A stretch of 52,542 nucleotides of DNA from Candidatus Saccharibacteria bacterium UBA4727 (GTDB lineage: Bacteria; Patescibacteriota; Saccharimonadia; Saccharimonadales; Saccharimonadaceae). Below are positions 26,727 through 36,126 of this stretch, one piece after another. The stretch covers positions 1 through 52,542 of the forward strand of contig DHJF01000001.1 of assembly GCA_002404195.1 (NCBI GenBank). Reading direction: 5' to 3'. The notes under the pieces are model-generated. The model did not search any database. It saw only the letters and a list, made by a program, of their open reading frames with translations, and was not told the origin of the DNA. Positions within the stretch are counted from its first letter, which is position 1. The number at the start of each line of letters is the position of its first letter. Both the position numbers and the translations under genes were made by a program.

Positions 26727-28286
26727 ATGAAGAAACGCGAGTTACTCGATTACGCCACACCTCATTACGAAGAAAATGAGGTCTTAGAAATAGCGCATGC
26801 GATTGACTTTGCGAGCAAAGCTCACACTGGGCAAAAACGAAAAAGTGGCGAACCCTACATTATTCACCCACTGAACGTGGCGCACATCCTAGTGGAATGG
26901 GGTATGGACGTCGACACCATCCTAGCGGGCGTCCTGCACGATACCGTTGAAGATACCACAGCCACTCTTGAAGAGATTGAGAATTTATTTGGCCGTGATG
27001 TCGCCTTTTTAGTTGACGGCGTTACCAAAGTATCACAGGCGCGTGCTGGTATGCGAAATCTTGAAAGCTACTTACCTCAGACCAAAGATAACTTATCAAA
27101 ACTACTTATTGCCGTCGGGCAAGACGTGCGCGTGATTATTATCAAACTTGCCGACCGTCTCCATAACTTATCGACACTGCAACACATGTCACCTGAAAAA
27201 CAGGTAAAGATCGCCCGCGAAAGCCTGGACGTCTTTGCACCAATGGCCGATCGCCTGGGTATGGGCCGCGTGCGTATGCAAATTGAAGAGTTGGCGTTTA
27301 GCTATCTCGACCCGACCGAATTTCAGCACCTCCAGAACCTGATGAAAAAACGGCTCGGTAAAAGTACCCGTAAGCTCGGCATTGTTCGTCATGAAGTTGA
27401 AGAAGAGCTCAAGAAACATCACGTTCATTTTGACGTCAACGGCCGCGTGAAGAGTATTTACAGCCTACACAAGAAGCTAAGTAAAGTTGACGGCAACATT
27501 GATGATATCTACGACCTCATGGCCCTGCGCGTGGTAGTAGAAAACAAAGAGGATTGCTATCGTGTGCTCGGCGTACTGCACAGCATGTACCAGCCAATGA
27601 TTAGTCGTATTAAAGATTACATTGCCATTCCAAAGCCGAACGGCTACCAAAGCCTTCACACAACGGTCATTACGCCAAATAAACAAATTGTTGAATTTCA
27701 GATTCGCACCTACGGCATGCACGACTACGCCGAACGCGGACTGGCCGCCAGCTTCCATTATCACGAACAAAAAAGCAGCAAAGACTACACCCGTAAGAAA
27801 GGTGCTTCAGCCAGCCTGCCCGCCCAACTGCAATGGATCACGCAACTGCAAGAGATCGCCGCACGCTTGCGCAGTGGCGACGACATTCCGCAAGATCAAC
27901 TCAACATTGATTTGTTTGGTCGGCGTATTTTTGTCTACTCGCCAAAGGGTGATATTTATAACCTGCCCGAAGGCGCCCTGCCGCTTGATTTTGCCTACAT
28001 GGTACACACCGATATCGGCAAACACGCCTACGGCTTTCGCGTTAACGGCAGTATTCACGCCTTTGATAAACCATTAAATAACGGCGACGTTGTAGAGGTT
28101 GTCGGTCGTAAATTATCACAACCAAAACAAGCCTGGCTCGACCTGGTCATCACCGCACATGCCCGCGATAAATTACGCTCACAGCTAAAGAAGTCCGGCA
28201 CCATCGAAACGATCAGCGGTGCCGCGGCTATCATCCGCGACAAAGCCAAACGAAAATCATCCAAGAAAAATAAAACAACCAGCTAG
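26727..28286 (+). CDS. rel: Bifunctional (p)ppGpp synthetase/hydrolase, short long-RSH form (HD + synthetase + TGS only)
   Basis: 519 aa. HPLNVAHIL...LHDTVEDT (HD), YRVLGVLHSMY...PNGYQSLHTTV (synthetase), IFVYSPKGDIYNLPEGALPLDFAY (TGS). It ends in a Lys-rich tail with no ACT/RRM region. Confidence 0.9.
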   Translation: MKKRELLDYATPHYEENEVLEIAHAIDFASKAHTGQKRKSGEPYIIHPLNVAHILVEWGMDVDTILAGVLHDTVEDTTATLEEIENLFGRDVAFLVDGVTKVSQARAGMRNLESYLPQTKDNLSKLLIAVGQDVRVIIIKLADRLHNLSTLQHMSPEKQVKIARESLDVFAPMADRLGMGRVRMQIEELAFSYLDPTEFQHLQNLMKKRLGKSTRKLGIVRHEVEEELKKHHVHFDVNGRVKSIYSLHKKLSKVDGNIDDIYDLMALRVVVENKEDCYRVLGVLHSMYQPMISRIKDYIAIPKPNGYQSLHTTVITPNKQIVEFQIRTYGMHDYAERGLAASFHYHEQKSSKDYTRKKGASASLPAQLQWITQLQEIAARLRSGDDIPQDQLNIDLFGRRIFVYSPKGDIYNLPEGALPLDFAYMVHTDIGKHAYGFRVNGSIHAFDKPLNNGDVVEVVGRKLSQPKQAWLDLVITAHARDKLRSQLKKSGTIETISGAAAIIRDKAKRKSSKKNKTTS

Positions 28287-28302
28287 ATGAGCTGGTTGTT
28301 TT
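28272..28302. terminator. Bidirectional terminator (rel / IMPase-family gene)
   Basis: aaaacaaccagc-tagatga-gctggttgtttt. The rel stop codon lies in the loop. Confidence 0.7.
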
Positions 28303-28317
28303 GATTCATCTTACTAA

Positions 28318-29109
28318 TTAGACTGTGATGGCCGTTTTAATCTCATCGTAACTATTGCGAATCACTTGAGCGACGTTCGGAGAAGCAATGACAAAATTCA
28401 ACATCCTGTAGTTGTACAGCTCATCCTCAAACGGTACCACCTCAGCGCCCGCCTCCTGAGCCAGGAGTACTCCAGGTACATTATCATGCATCATCGATTT
28501 GCAACGCAATTTAGTCACCCCCTGGATACTCCCCTGGGCGAGGCGGGTATATTCGTATCCTGAAGCGCCAAGCGGCGCGTATACTCCCATCTTATGCGGC
28601 TCGAACACGTGATACAGATTTTTATACGGAAACGAACTCGCAAAAACAATTGAATCACTCAAGTCCGTGTTCTTGACATGAATCTGTGTGCCATTTCTAT
28701 ACGCGCCTTCACCTCGCAGTGCCGTAAATAATTCGTCAGTCGCAAATTGATAAATAACCGCCGCCTCTGCTACGCCGTTCACCACCAAGGCCGCCATGTT
28801 TGTACAATATGGTAGTCCGTGGATAAAGCTCGACGTCCCGTCAATCGGATCAACAATCCATAGCGCGTCCTCAGTACCAACAATGTCGTCAGTCTCCTCA
28901 CCATGAAAGCCAATCTCGGGAAACTCAGCCTGCAGGCGCGCTTTAATCGTCGTTTCGACTTTAATATCCAGTTTCGTGACTGGCGATCCATCATCTTTCG
29001 AAAGATGCTGAATCACACCGTATGATTGCATGAGCTCCTCGCGGAATCCCTTAAAAACTTCAATCACACTCTGCTGTGACGCTCGTATTGTTTCGCGTGA
29101 TAAAGACAT
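28318..29109 (-). CDS. Inositol monophosphatase / FBPase-family phosphatase
   Basis: 263 aa. WIVDPIDGTSSFIHG and EFPEIGFHGEE motifs. Confidence 0.8.
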   Translation of the reverse strand: MSLSRETIRASQQSVIEVFKGFREELMQSYGVIQHLSKDDGSPVTKLDIKVETTIKARLQAEFPEIGFHGEETDDIVGTEDALWIVDPIDGTSSFIHGLPYCTNMAALVVNGVAEAAVIYQFATDELFTALRGEGAYRNGTQIHVKNTDLSDSIVFASSFPYKNLYHVFEPHKMGVYAPLGASGYEYTRLAQGSIQGVTKLRCKSMMHDNVPGVLLAQEAGAEVVPFEDELYNYRMLNFVIASPNVAQVIRNSYDEIKTAITV

Positions 29110-29186
29110 GGTGGCTACTTTCTATACTATTGACCCGCTCATCTGCGGAGAGCGGGTCAATAGCTATTGTTTATATATTAGGAGAG

Positions 29187-29717
29187 TTATTTTTCGTTCC
29201 AACGAGTGATAGATTCGTGGATAATCGCCTTGGCCTCTTCCACGTCACCCCAGCCTTTTACAACGGTGCTACCTGGTTTTTTGAGGTCTTTATAGTGCGT
29301 AAAGTGGTGTTCAATCTGCGCAATTTTTTGTTTAGGCAAATCCGCCAGTGATGTAATGGCGTTGCCGGTATTACGGTCGTCAGCCGGCACGACCACGATC
29401 TTATCATCGATTTCGTCGTCGTCGACAAAGCGCATCACGCCAATCACACGAGCTTCAAGGAAGATACCTGTTGGCAGTGGTGCGTCGGTAATGATGAGTG
29501 CGTCGAGTTCATCGCCATCCTCGTCAAGCGTCTGTGGGATGAAGCCGTAGTTGGTAGGTTTTGCAAAAATTGCTGGGTCCACACGGTCGAGCTGCATGAC
29601 TGCAAGGTCGCGGTTCCATTCAATTTTATGTGAACTGCCTTCGGGAATTTCAACAACAACGTTAATAATACCGTCGTCAACATTGCCAGGTGTAAGAATT
29701 TGATTAAAATCAGCCAT
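29187..29717 (-). CDS. ppa: Inorganic pyrophosphatase (family I)
   Basis: 176 aa. VVVEIPEGSSHKIEWN, YGFIPQTL..DGDELDAL. GGAG Shine-Dalgarno, with TGgTACAAT upstream. Confidence 0.9.
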   Translation of the reverse strand: MADFNQILTPGNVDDGIINVVVEIPEGSSHKIEWNRDLAVMQLDRVDPAIFAKPTNYGFIPQTLDEDGDELDALIITDAPLPTGIFLEARVIGVMRFVDDDEIDDKIVVVPADDRNTGNAITSLADLPKQKIAQIEHHFTHYKDLKKPGSTVVKGWGDVEEAKAIIHESITRWNEK

Positions 29718-29776
29718 ATCGTATCTCCGTTATTTACTATAACTATTGTACCAAATTTGTTATACTAACAGTAATT

Positions 29777-30481
29777 ATGTTAGTCATTGGACACCGTGGG
29801 GCTGCTGGCGTCGCACCAGAAAATTCACTCGAAGCCCTACAAGCTGGCGTTGATGCTGATGCTGATATGCTCGAATTTGACGTCCATCTTACCAAAGACC
29901 GTATCCCGGTCTTAATTCACGACAACAACCTGATGCGCACCCACCGCAAGCGCCGTTTCGTCCGCCAATGCACGCTCGCGGAGCTACGCGACATCACTCG
30001 CGACACGCCCAGCCCCATTGTGACACTTGTAGAGGTGCTTGATACGTTCTTTGGCGTGATTACACTCAATATTGAGATTAAGCAGCGTGGCACCGCCAAA
30101 GAAATCGTTGAACTTATTGAAAAGCATTACATTAAGCGCGTCGGTGATTGGGATACGTTCGTGTTTTCGTCGTTCCACGGTGGGGAGCTCAGCACAATCC
30201 GCAAACACAGCAAACGCGCTAACCTATGGCTGCTCCATAACCGTAACCCTTTTATTTTTATTGCGTATGCTAGGCGTATTCAACTCGACGGCGTTGGCTT
30301 TCACCGCCTGTACATCAACGACTTCGCGCTCGAGATTGCCAAAAAAACCAAGCTATTCACCTACGCCTATACTGTCAATCGACCACACACCGCTCTCCTG
30401 CTGGCACGCAAAGGAATCGACGGCATCGTCACCGACTATCCGCAAAAAATCCTGAAAGAGATCAAGAAAAAAAGCGCCTAA
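29777..30481 (+). CDS. Glycerophosphodiester phosphodiesterase
   Basis: MLVIGHRGAAGVAPENSLEA...LEFDVHLTKD. TGtTATACT lies 10 nt upstream of the ATG. Confidence 0.85.
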   Translation: MLVIGHRGAAGVAPENSLEALQAGVDADADMLEFDVHLTKDRIPVLIHDNNLMRTHRKRRFVRQCTLAELRDITRDTPSPIVTLVEVLDTFFGVITLNIEIKQRGTAKEIVELIEKHYIKRVGDWDTFVFSSFHGGELSTIRKHSKRANLWLLHNRNPFIFIAYARRIQLDGVGFHRLYINDFALEIAKKTKLFTYAYTVNRPHTALLLARKGIDGIVTDYPQKILKEIKKKSA

Positions 30482-31416
30482 CCGCGCTTTTTTTCTTCAA
30501 GATATTCACGAATTGATAAGGCGGCCGTTGCGCCTTCGCCGACCGCACTGGCAATCTGCATTGTCGCACCGCTGCGCGCGTCACCGCTAGCGAACACACC
30601 AGGAACAGTTGTCTCTAAGCGTTCATTTGTTTTGACAAGGCCTAGCTCGTCAAGCTCAACGCCGCTACCCGCGAGGAACTGAGTGTTTGGCTTGAGGCCA
30701 ACGAAGACAAAGACGCCATCAGTCGGAAAACTTGTTGGCATGCCTGCTTTGACGGCAGTTACTTCCGTGACTTTACCCTCCACAGTAACAATCTCACTCG
30801 GCGTCGTTTGCAAGTGAACGGTAATTTTTCCTGATTCAATATATTGCTGCAGGTCGTGTTGCAAAATTTCACTCGCCTTAATCGTACTACGCACCAATAA
30901 ATCGATATGCGTTGAAAAACGAGTCAGAAAGATTGCTTCTTGGACGCCGGAATTACCACCGCCAACAACAACCAATCGCTTCTCGCGGTAAAAGGCACCG
31001 TCGCAGGTTGCACAGTAGTGTACGCCACGGCCATAGTATTCCGCCTCGCCCGGAATACCAAGTTTGCTGTAGTCACTACCCGTCGCAATCAGAATAGTGC
31101 GCGCTTGCACATCTTTGCCGTCGACAACCAGTGTCTTTACGTCACCGTCGTCACGAATTGCTGAAACGTCACCAAAATCAATCACCGCGCCAAAACGCTC
31201 AGCTTGCTTTTGCAACTGGTCAGCGAGTGTTAGACCAGCGATACCATCAGCAAATCCAGGATAGTTATCGATTAAGTCGGTTGTCGCAGCCAAGCCGCCA
31301 ATGACACCTTTTTCATAGAGAATCGTCTCAATATCTTCACGCGTCGTATAGACGGCGGCGGCGAGTGCACTCGGTCCAGCGCCGACCATAACAACGTCAT
31401 GTACCTTATCGGTCAT
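30478..31416 (-). CDS. trxB: Thioredoxin-disulfide reductase
   Basis: 312 aa. VMVGAGPSALAAA, the CATCDG redox centre, GGGNSGVQEA. Confidence 0.9.
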   Translation of the reverse strand: MTDKVHDVVMVGAGPSALAAAVYTTREDIETILYEKGVIGGLAATTDLIDNYPGFADGIAGLTLADQLQKQAERFGAVIDFGDVSAIRDDGDVKTLVVDGKDVQARTILIATGSDYSKLGIPGEAEYYGRGVHYCATCDGAFYREKRLVVVGGGNSGVQEAIFLTRFSTHIDLLVRSTIKASEILQHDLQQYIESGKITVHLQTTPSEIVTVEGKVTEVTAVKAGMPTSFPTDGVFVFVGLKPNTQFLAGSGVELDELGLVKTNERLETTVPGVFASGDARSGATMQIASAVGEGATAALSIREYLEEKKRG

Positions 31417-31420
31417 TACT

Positions 31421-31996
31421 TTACTTTCCGGCCTTCGTAATACTGTTAATAGTAAGAATGAAAGCTAGCGGTGTATTCGCTGGAATAATACCCGACACCT
31501 GGGCGCCGTAAGCTTTGTCAGCTGGGATCACCAGCTTTAAAGTTGAGCCGACTTTTTCCCCCGTCAATCCTTCCGTCCAACCAGTAATAACACCGGTTAG
31601 TGGCAAGTCAATTGGCGTGTTAGTATCACTTTTTTTTGAGCTGTCGAAAATCTGACCACTCGGAAGCCAGCCAAAATAGCTAACATTTATTGTATCGGTT
31701 GTCTTGACTGAATCACCCGTACCTTGCACGAGTACTGTTTTCTGTAAACTCGTCACACTGCCGCGATCAAAAGTTGCGGCTGCGTAACCATCGAGCGGCT
31801 GCGCCTTAGCGGCGCTATCTTGAGCGGCTTGCTGTTGTTGTTTCTGATAATCAGCAAGGGCTTTCGCCTGTGTTGCCTGATCAGATACTTGATTTTTGTT
31901 AGCAAGGACCATAACGGCAAACGAGCCGAGTGTGCCGATTGTCATGACAATCGCAATAATCCAAATACCAATACGTTGACTTTTTGGTGTCGCCAT
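31421..31996 (-). CDS. Membrane-anchored FKBP-type peptidyl-prolyl isomerase
   Basis: N-terminal TM helix, then VSYFGWLPSGQIFDSS...VITGWTEGLTGEKVGSTLKLVIPADKAYG. Confidence 0.8.
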   Translation of the reverse strand: MATPKSQRIGIWIIAIVMTIGTLGSFAVMVLANKNQVSDQATQAKALADYQKQQQQAAQDSAAKAQPLDGYAAATFDRGSVTSLQKTVLVQGTGDSVKTTDTINVSYFGWLPSGQIFDSSKKSDTNTPIDLPLTGVITGWTEGLTGEKVGSTLKLVIPADKAYGAQVSGIIPANTPLAFILTINSITKAGK

Positions 31997-32081
31997 ATGT
32001 AACCCCTAAACTTCCTATTTTCAATCTGTAATTGCTTTTAGTATAGCAGCTTAGCGTTATTTTCGCTAGCAACCACACTAG

Positions 32082-33866
32082 CTATCGTGCACTAATTTCA
32101 AAGCTCTTCAGTTTCTTTTCCGCCGCCTTCGTGTCACCCATTTGCAGCTGGAGCAGCTGCGCATAGATACCATCGGTGAGCGCAAGATCGTGTGGCGTGC
32201 CGACCTCGTCAATCGTACCTTTTTTGAGAGTAACAATCATATCGACATGTGCAATCGTGCTTAGTCGGTGCGCAATAATCAGCGTTGTGCGACCTTTCAT
32301 TAAACGATCGAGCGCTTGTTGTACGAGATGTTCGGCGCGGCTATCAAGACTACTCGTCGCTTCATCTAAAATCAGAATCGGTGCATTCTTTAAGATTGCC
32401 CGCGCAATAGCAATGCGCTGTTTTTGACCGCCCGAAAGCTTGATACCGCGCTCACCAATTTCACTGTCGTAACCATTATCAAGTTTTTCAATAAAATCGT
32501 GGGCGTTAGCAGCCTTTGCTGCAGCGACGATGTCTTCGTGGCTCGCCCGAGGGTGAGCGTAGGCAATATTTTCACGAATCGTCCCGCTAAACAGTGCCGG
32601 GTCTTGGAATACTGTGGCGATTTGTTCACGCAGACTACGTTGCGTCACAGTGCTGATATCAACATCGTCAATCGTAATACTACCTGTCTGCGGTTCATAG
32701 AGCCGCATCAAGAGACTAGAGAGTGTTGTCTTACCTTCACCGCTTTCGCCTACCAGCGCCACTTTTTGACCAGGCGCGATTGTAAACGAGATGTTCTTCA
32801 AGAGTGAATTCTTTTTGCTATAACTAAAACCGATATCGCTATACGTCACTGCGCCGTGCGAAACTTTCAAGTTTTCGGCACCTGGTTTATCTTGAATATC
32901 CGGTTGCAGCTCCATTGCCGTCACGTAATCTTTGCTGCCGGTAACTGCTCGTTGGAATTGATCAACGATAAAGCTCATATTAAAGATTGGCACACGCAGC
33001 GCGTTAACAAGGGTAATGAGCAGCACCATTTCCCCGATTGTAAAGTGTTTCTCGACGGTTTGTATAAAAATGTACATAAAAATCGCCAGGAAAACAACAG
33101 CTAGCACCAGTCCACGTGCTACGTCCATGCGATGCCAGTAGTTCGACTGCTCGCGCGTCAGTTCGATGGTTTTATGATAACGGACACGGAAATGACGATG
33201 TTCTAATTTTTCCTGCACGTAACTTTTTACAACTTTGATTTGGGTGACAACTTCAGCAAAGCGTCCACTGGCAATATCAGTCTCGAGGTTTTTGGCATTT
33301 TGTAATTTTTGCCATTTTTTACTCGTAATGGCGGTAAGCCACAAAAATAGTGGGTACATAATCAGGACCAAAAATGCCAGTTGCCAACTATAGAACCAGA
33401 CAATCACCAGCGTAATTACGGTCGTGAGAATCATCTGGAAAAAGTTATTAGCGAACATGTTCAAGAAGTTTGAGACTTCCGTAATCGCCCGGTTAAGTCG
33501 ATTAATAATCGTACCCGACAGTTCGCCGTCGTAATAGCTTTGTGGCAATGCAAGCAGATGTTCATAGTAACGCGTCGATAGCTGCGCTTTTAGTTTTACG
33601 CTCATAATATCGCCCAAATACCCACCGATATTACGAATAACGGTGTTGGCAATATCAAAACCGAATAGCGCCACGGCGAGCCACATCGCCCCTGTCACAT
33701 CGGCCCTGCCACCCTGAATGACCGTCACCATCAAGTTGGTTGCACTACTTAAAATAAAGGGAATCGCGACGCCAGTAAGCGCCACGAACGTCGAAGCGAT
33801 AGTAACGCCAAGATAATATGGCCACAAATGCTTCGCATACTGCAATGTTCGAACGAGAATATACAT
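32082..33866 (-). CDS. ABC exporter, fused permease/ATPase (MsbA-like)
   Basis: 594 aa. Six-TM N-domain, Walker A GESGEGKTT, signature LSGGQKQR, Walker B ILILDEATS. Confidence 0.9.
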   Translation of the reverse strand: MYILVRTLQYAKHLWPYYLGVTIASTFVALTGVAIPFILSSATNLMVTVIQGGRADVTGAMWLAVALFGFDIANTVIRNIGGYLGDIMSVKLKAQLSTRYYEHLLALPQSYYDGELSGTIINRLNRAITEVSNFLNMFANNFFQMILTTVITLVIVWFYSWQLAFLVLIMYPLFLWLTAITSKKWQKLQNAKNLETDIASGRFAEVVTQIKVVKSYVQEKLEHRHFRVRYHKTIELTREQSNYWHRMDVARGLVLAVVFLAIFMYIFIQTVEKHFTIGEMVLLITLVNALRVPIFNMSFIVDQFQRAVTGSKDYVTAMELQPDIQDKPGAENLKVSHGAVTYSDIGFSYSKKNSLLKNISFTIAPGQKVALVGESGEGKTTLSSLLMRLYEPQTGSITIDDVDISTVTQRSLREQIATVFQDPALFSGTIRENIAYAHPRASHEDIVAAAKAANAHDFIEKLDNGYDSEIGERGIKLSGGQKQRIAIARAILKNAPILILDEATSSLDSRAEHLVQQALDRLMKGRTTLIIAHRLSTIAHVDMIVTLKKGTIDEVGTPHDLALTDGIYAQLLQLQMGDTKAAEKKLKSFEISAR

Positions 33867-33996
33867 CTTTATACAGTATACACACTTGCCATCTATCCCA
33901 CACCGCTTATCTTTGACGAAGAGCTAATAAGCGACTATAACTAGGGGTAGGTTTGCGGCAATCACCGCAGGCAGTCACCTCTCCTATAGGATTAAC

Positions 33997-34764
33997 ATGA
34001 AATCACGTACGCGTACGTTTTTCACTACTACAGCTGTGGTTTGTTTTTTGCTCCTGGTAATCTGGGGTAGCCTCAGTGCATCAATTGTCGTCAGGTACAT
34101 CGCGTCGGGCTGTATGATCGTCGTCGTGATGTCATTCGTTGTTCTTGTTTACTACAATACAGTAGTGAAAGAGCAGTCGACACCAGACGCACCTCAGCCC
34201 CCTGCCATCACCGACAGGTTACCTGTGATACCACCCCACCCCGTCCGCCCACCGCGCGTACTAACGTCCGAACCCGATGATCCTGTTTTGTACGACTACC
34301 GTGCAAAGCCCATCCCAGCGATTGGCTACACCGCAGCGGTCGCCTTACTACTAACTGGAGTAATGTATATCGACGCTCAGACTCACACGAGCGGCATGTG
34401 GTATATGTCTACCGGCTTTGGACTTGTTGGTGTCATTTCGTGTTACTGGCAGTGGATAGTCTGGCGCGGTCGACGTCTCGTCATCACAAAAAGCACCAAG
34501 CAGCTTCAGCGTGTTTTGCCATGGCCGTTCGACTCTAGTACGCCCACCATGCCTAACAGGGCGGGTGCAGCGCAAGATGTCACGCAGAAAACTATCGATC
34601 GGCTGTTTGGTACGTGTCGCCTTTTTTCTAATATCAAAGCAGAAGGCGACGAGGTATTCCATAACTTAAAATGGTACCCGCACCCAGACGAGCTACGGCA
34701 TGCTCTTAGAATACCGCCACTGATAAAGAACTCGTGGTGGCTTTTTTCAAAGAGAAATTCCTAG
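33997..34764 (+). CDS. Membrane protein with a Pro-rich linker and a bacterial PH (YdbS/bPH_2-like) C-terminal domain
   Basis: Two TM pairs. RRLVITKSTKQLQRV...QKTIDRLFGTCRLF resembles the bPH_2 pattern. Confidence 0.5.
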   Translation: MKSRTRTFFTTTAVVCFLLLVIWGSLSASIVVRYIASGCMIVVVMSFVVLVYYNTVVKEQSTPDAPQPPAITDRLPVIPPHPVRPPRVLTSEPDDPVLYDYRAKPIPAIGYTAAVALLLTGVMYIDAQTHTSGMWYMSTGFGLVGVISCYWQWIVWRGRRLVITKSTKQLQRVLPWPFDSSTPTMPNRAGAAQDVTQKTIDRLFGTCRLFSNIKAEGDEVFHNLKWYPHPDELRHALRIPPLIKNSWWLFSKRNS

Positions 34765-34836
34765 CAATGAGGAGGTGATAAAAAACCGTCACATGCGCAG
34801 TAGTGCATGTGACGGTAACTATCCCAATCAATCTTA

Positions 34837-36000
34837 TTAAATCTTTTGGTTTTTCTCGCGAATCGGATGCCAAACGCCAAGTGTTTGACCAAGCGGCAAA
34901 ATATCCGAATATCCCATAAAGTCAGCAACTTTTCGAATAACCGAACCGATCCAGCCGCTAAGGCGCAGTTTATGCCATTCAAAAACAGCCCAATATTCAC
35001 CGACGGGGACAACCACCGGCGGCATAATTGCCTCGTATGTATTGAGCGTCTGTTTTTTAGCTACGCGCTTAAAATTGGCTGCAATAAACAGGGCGTCATG
35101 CAGGGCCGTCTGCGCTAAACCTGTAAATTTCGTCGCAGCATTATCGCCGATCACATAGAGATCCTTACCGGCCTGCATATACTCGTCAACGACAACGCGA
35201 CCATTCGGCGCGAATTCAAAATGGGCTTCATTGGCTTTATAGAATGGGTGATTCGCTACACCGGATGTCCAAATCACCGTATGGCTCGCTAGTGCTTCAC
35301 CGCTCACCATCACCGCCTCGGCCGTGGCTGATTCAACTTTTTTGTCAGTCTGCACGTTTACACCTAGTTTCTGTAAACGACGAGTGACTGTTGCGCTCGA
35401 CTGTTCGCTCATACGTGGCAGCACTCGTGGTGCAGCCTCGATAAGATCAATTTTAATAGCAGGATTTTTGATATCATACTTCTTACAAAGTCGTCGTAAA
35501 TACGAGCCAAGCGCAGCAGCCAGCTCGACGCCAGTTGGTCCAGCGCCAATCACGACATAGCGTTTATCAAGTTGATGATTCTCAACCACGTCAGCCCGTA
35601 TTCGCTGTGTCAATTTCGCCACTTCGTTTGCTGATTTAATGCCATAGGCGTGCGTATCAAGACCATCAATACCAAAATAGGTCGTCACAGTGCCAAGCGC
35701 TAACACGCAGGTTTCATAGCTGTAAACGACACCAGATTGGCCTTGGAGGGTTTTGGCGGCTGGGTCGAGCGTCGTTACCGTATCAAGTACAACGATCACA
35801 TTCTTTTTGCCTTGGAAAATCTCACTCAGTGGAACCCAGGATGCCAAGTGACTCCGCCCAGTTGCAGCACCGTAAAGAGCTGGGTAGTACTGAAAATCTG
35901 GCTTATCCGTAATCAGCGTAACAGTCGCGTGTGGGTCTTTGGCGCATTCTAGTGCGGTTTTTACACCGCCAAAACCACCGCCGACGATAGTAATATTCAT
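34837..36000 (-). CDS. ndh: Type II NADH dehydrogenase (NDH-2)
   Basis: 387 aa. ITIVGGGFGG and VIGAGPTGVELAA dinucleotide folds, and GDNA near the C-terminus. Confidence 0.8.
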   Translation of the reverse strand: MNITIVGGGFGGVKTALECAKDPHATVTLITDKPDFQYYPALYGAATGRSHLASWVPLSEIFQGKKNVIVVLDTVTTLDPAAKTLQGQSGVVYSYETCVLALGTVTTYFGIDGLDTHAYGIKSANEVAKLTQRIRADVVENHQLDKRYVVIGAGPTGVELAAALGSYLRRLCKKYDIKNPAIKIDLIEAAPRVLPRMSEQSSATVTRRLQKLGVNVQTDKKVESATAEAVMVSGEALASHTVIWTSGVANHPFYKANEAHFEFAPNGRVVVDEYMQAGKDLYVIGDNAATKFTGLAQTALHDALFIAANFKRVAKKQTLNTYEAIMPPVVVPVGEYWAVFEWHKLRLSGWIGSVIRKVADFMGYSDILPLGQTLGVWHPIREKNQKI

Positions 36001-36069
36001 GAAATTCGGTCCTTTTTTGTGTTATATTCGATACTTTTTCTATACTGCGTGAAACAGAGCGCATTCTCG

Positions 36070-36097
36070 GTATAGAATAAGCAAGCTGATTCTATAC
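36070..36097. promoter_or_regulatory. 9-bp inverted repeat upstream of ndh (possible operator)
   Basis: gtatagaat-N10-attctatac, located between the pheT stop and the ndh start. Confidence 0.25.
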
Positions 36098-36126
36098 ACT
36101 CTAACACTGCTGTTATAGTAACAGAA

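Noticed and set aside
29129-29161. 12-bp perfect inverted repeat attgacccgctc-N9-gagcgggtcaat between ppa and the IMPase-family gene, considered as the ppa terminator
   Set aside because: No U-tract follows it in the minus orientation, so it is not a canonical intrinsic terminator. It could be an operator or RNA stabiliser, but I have no further support.
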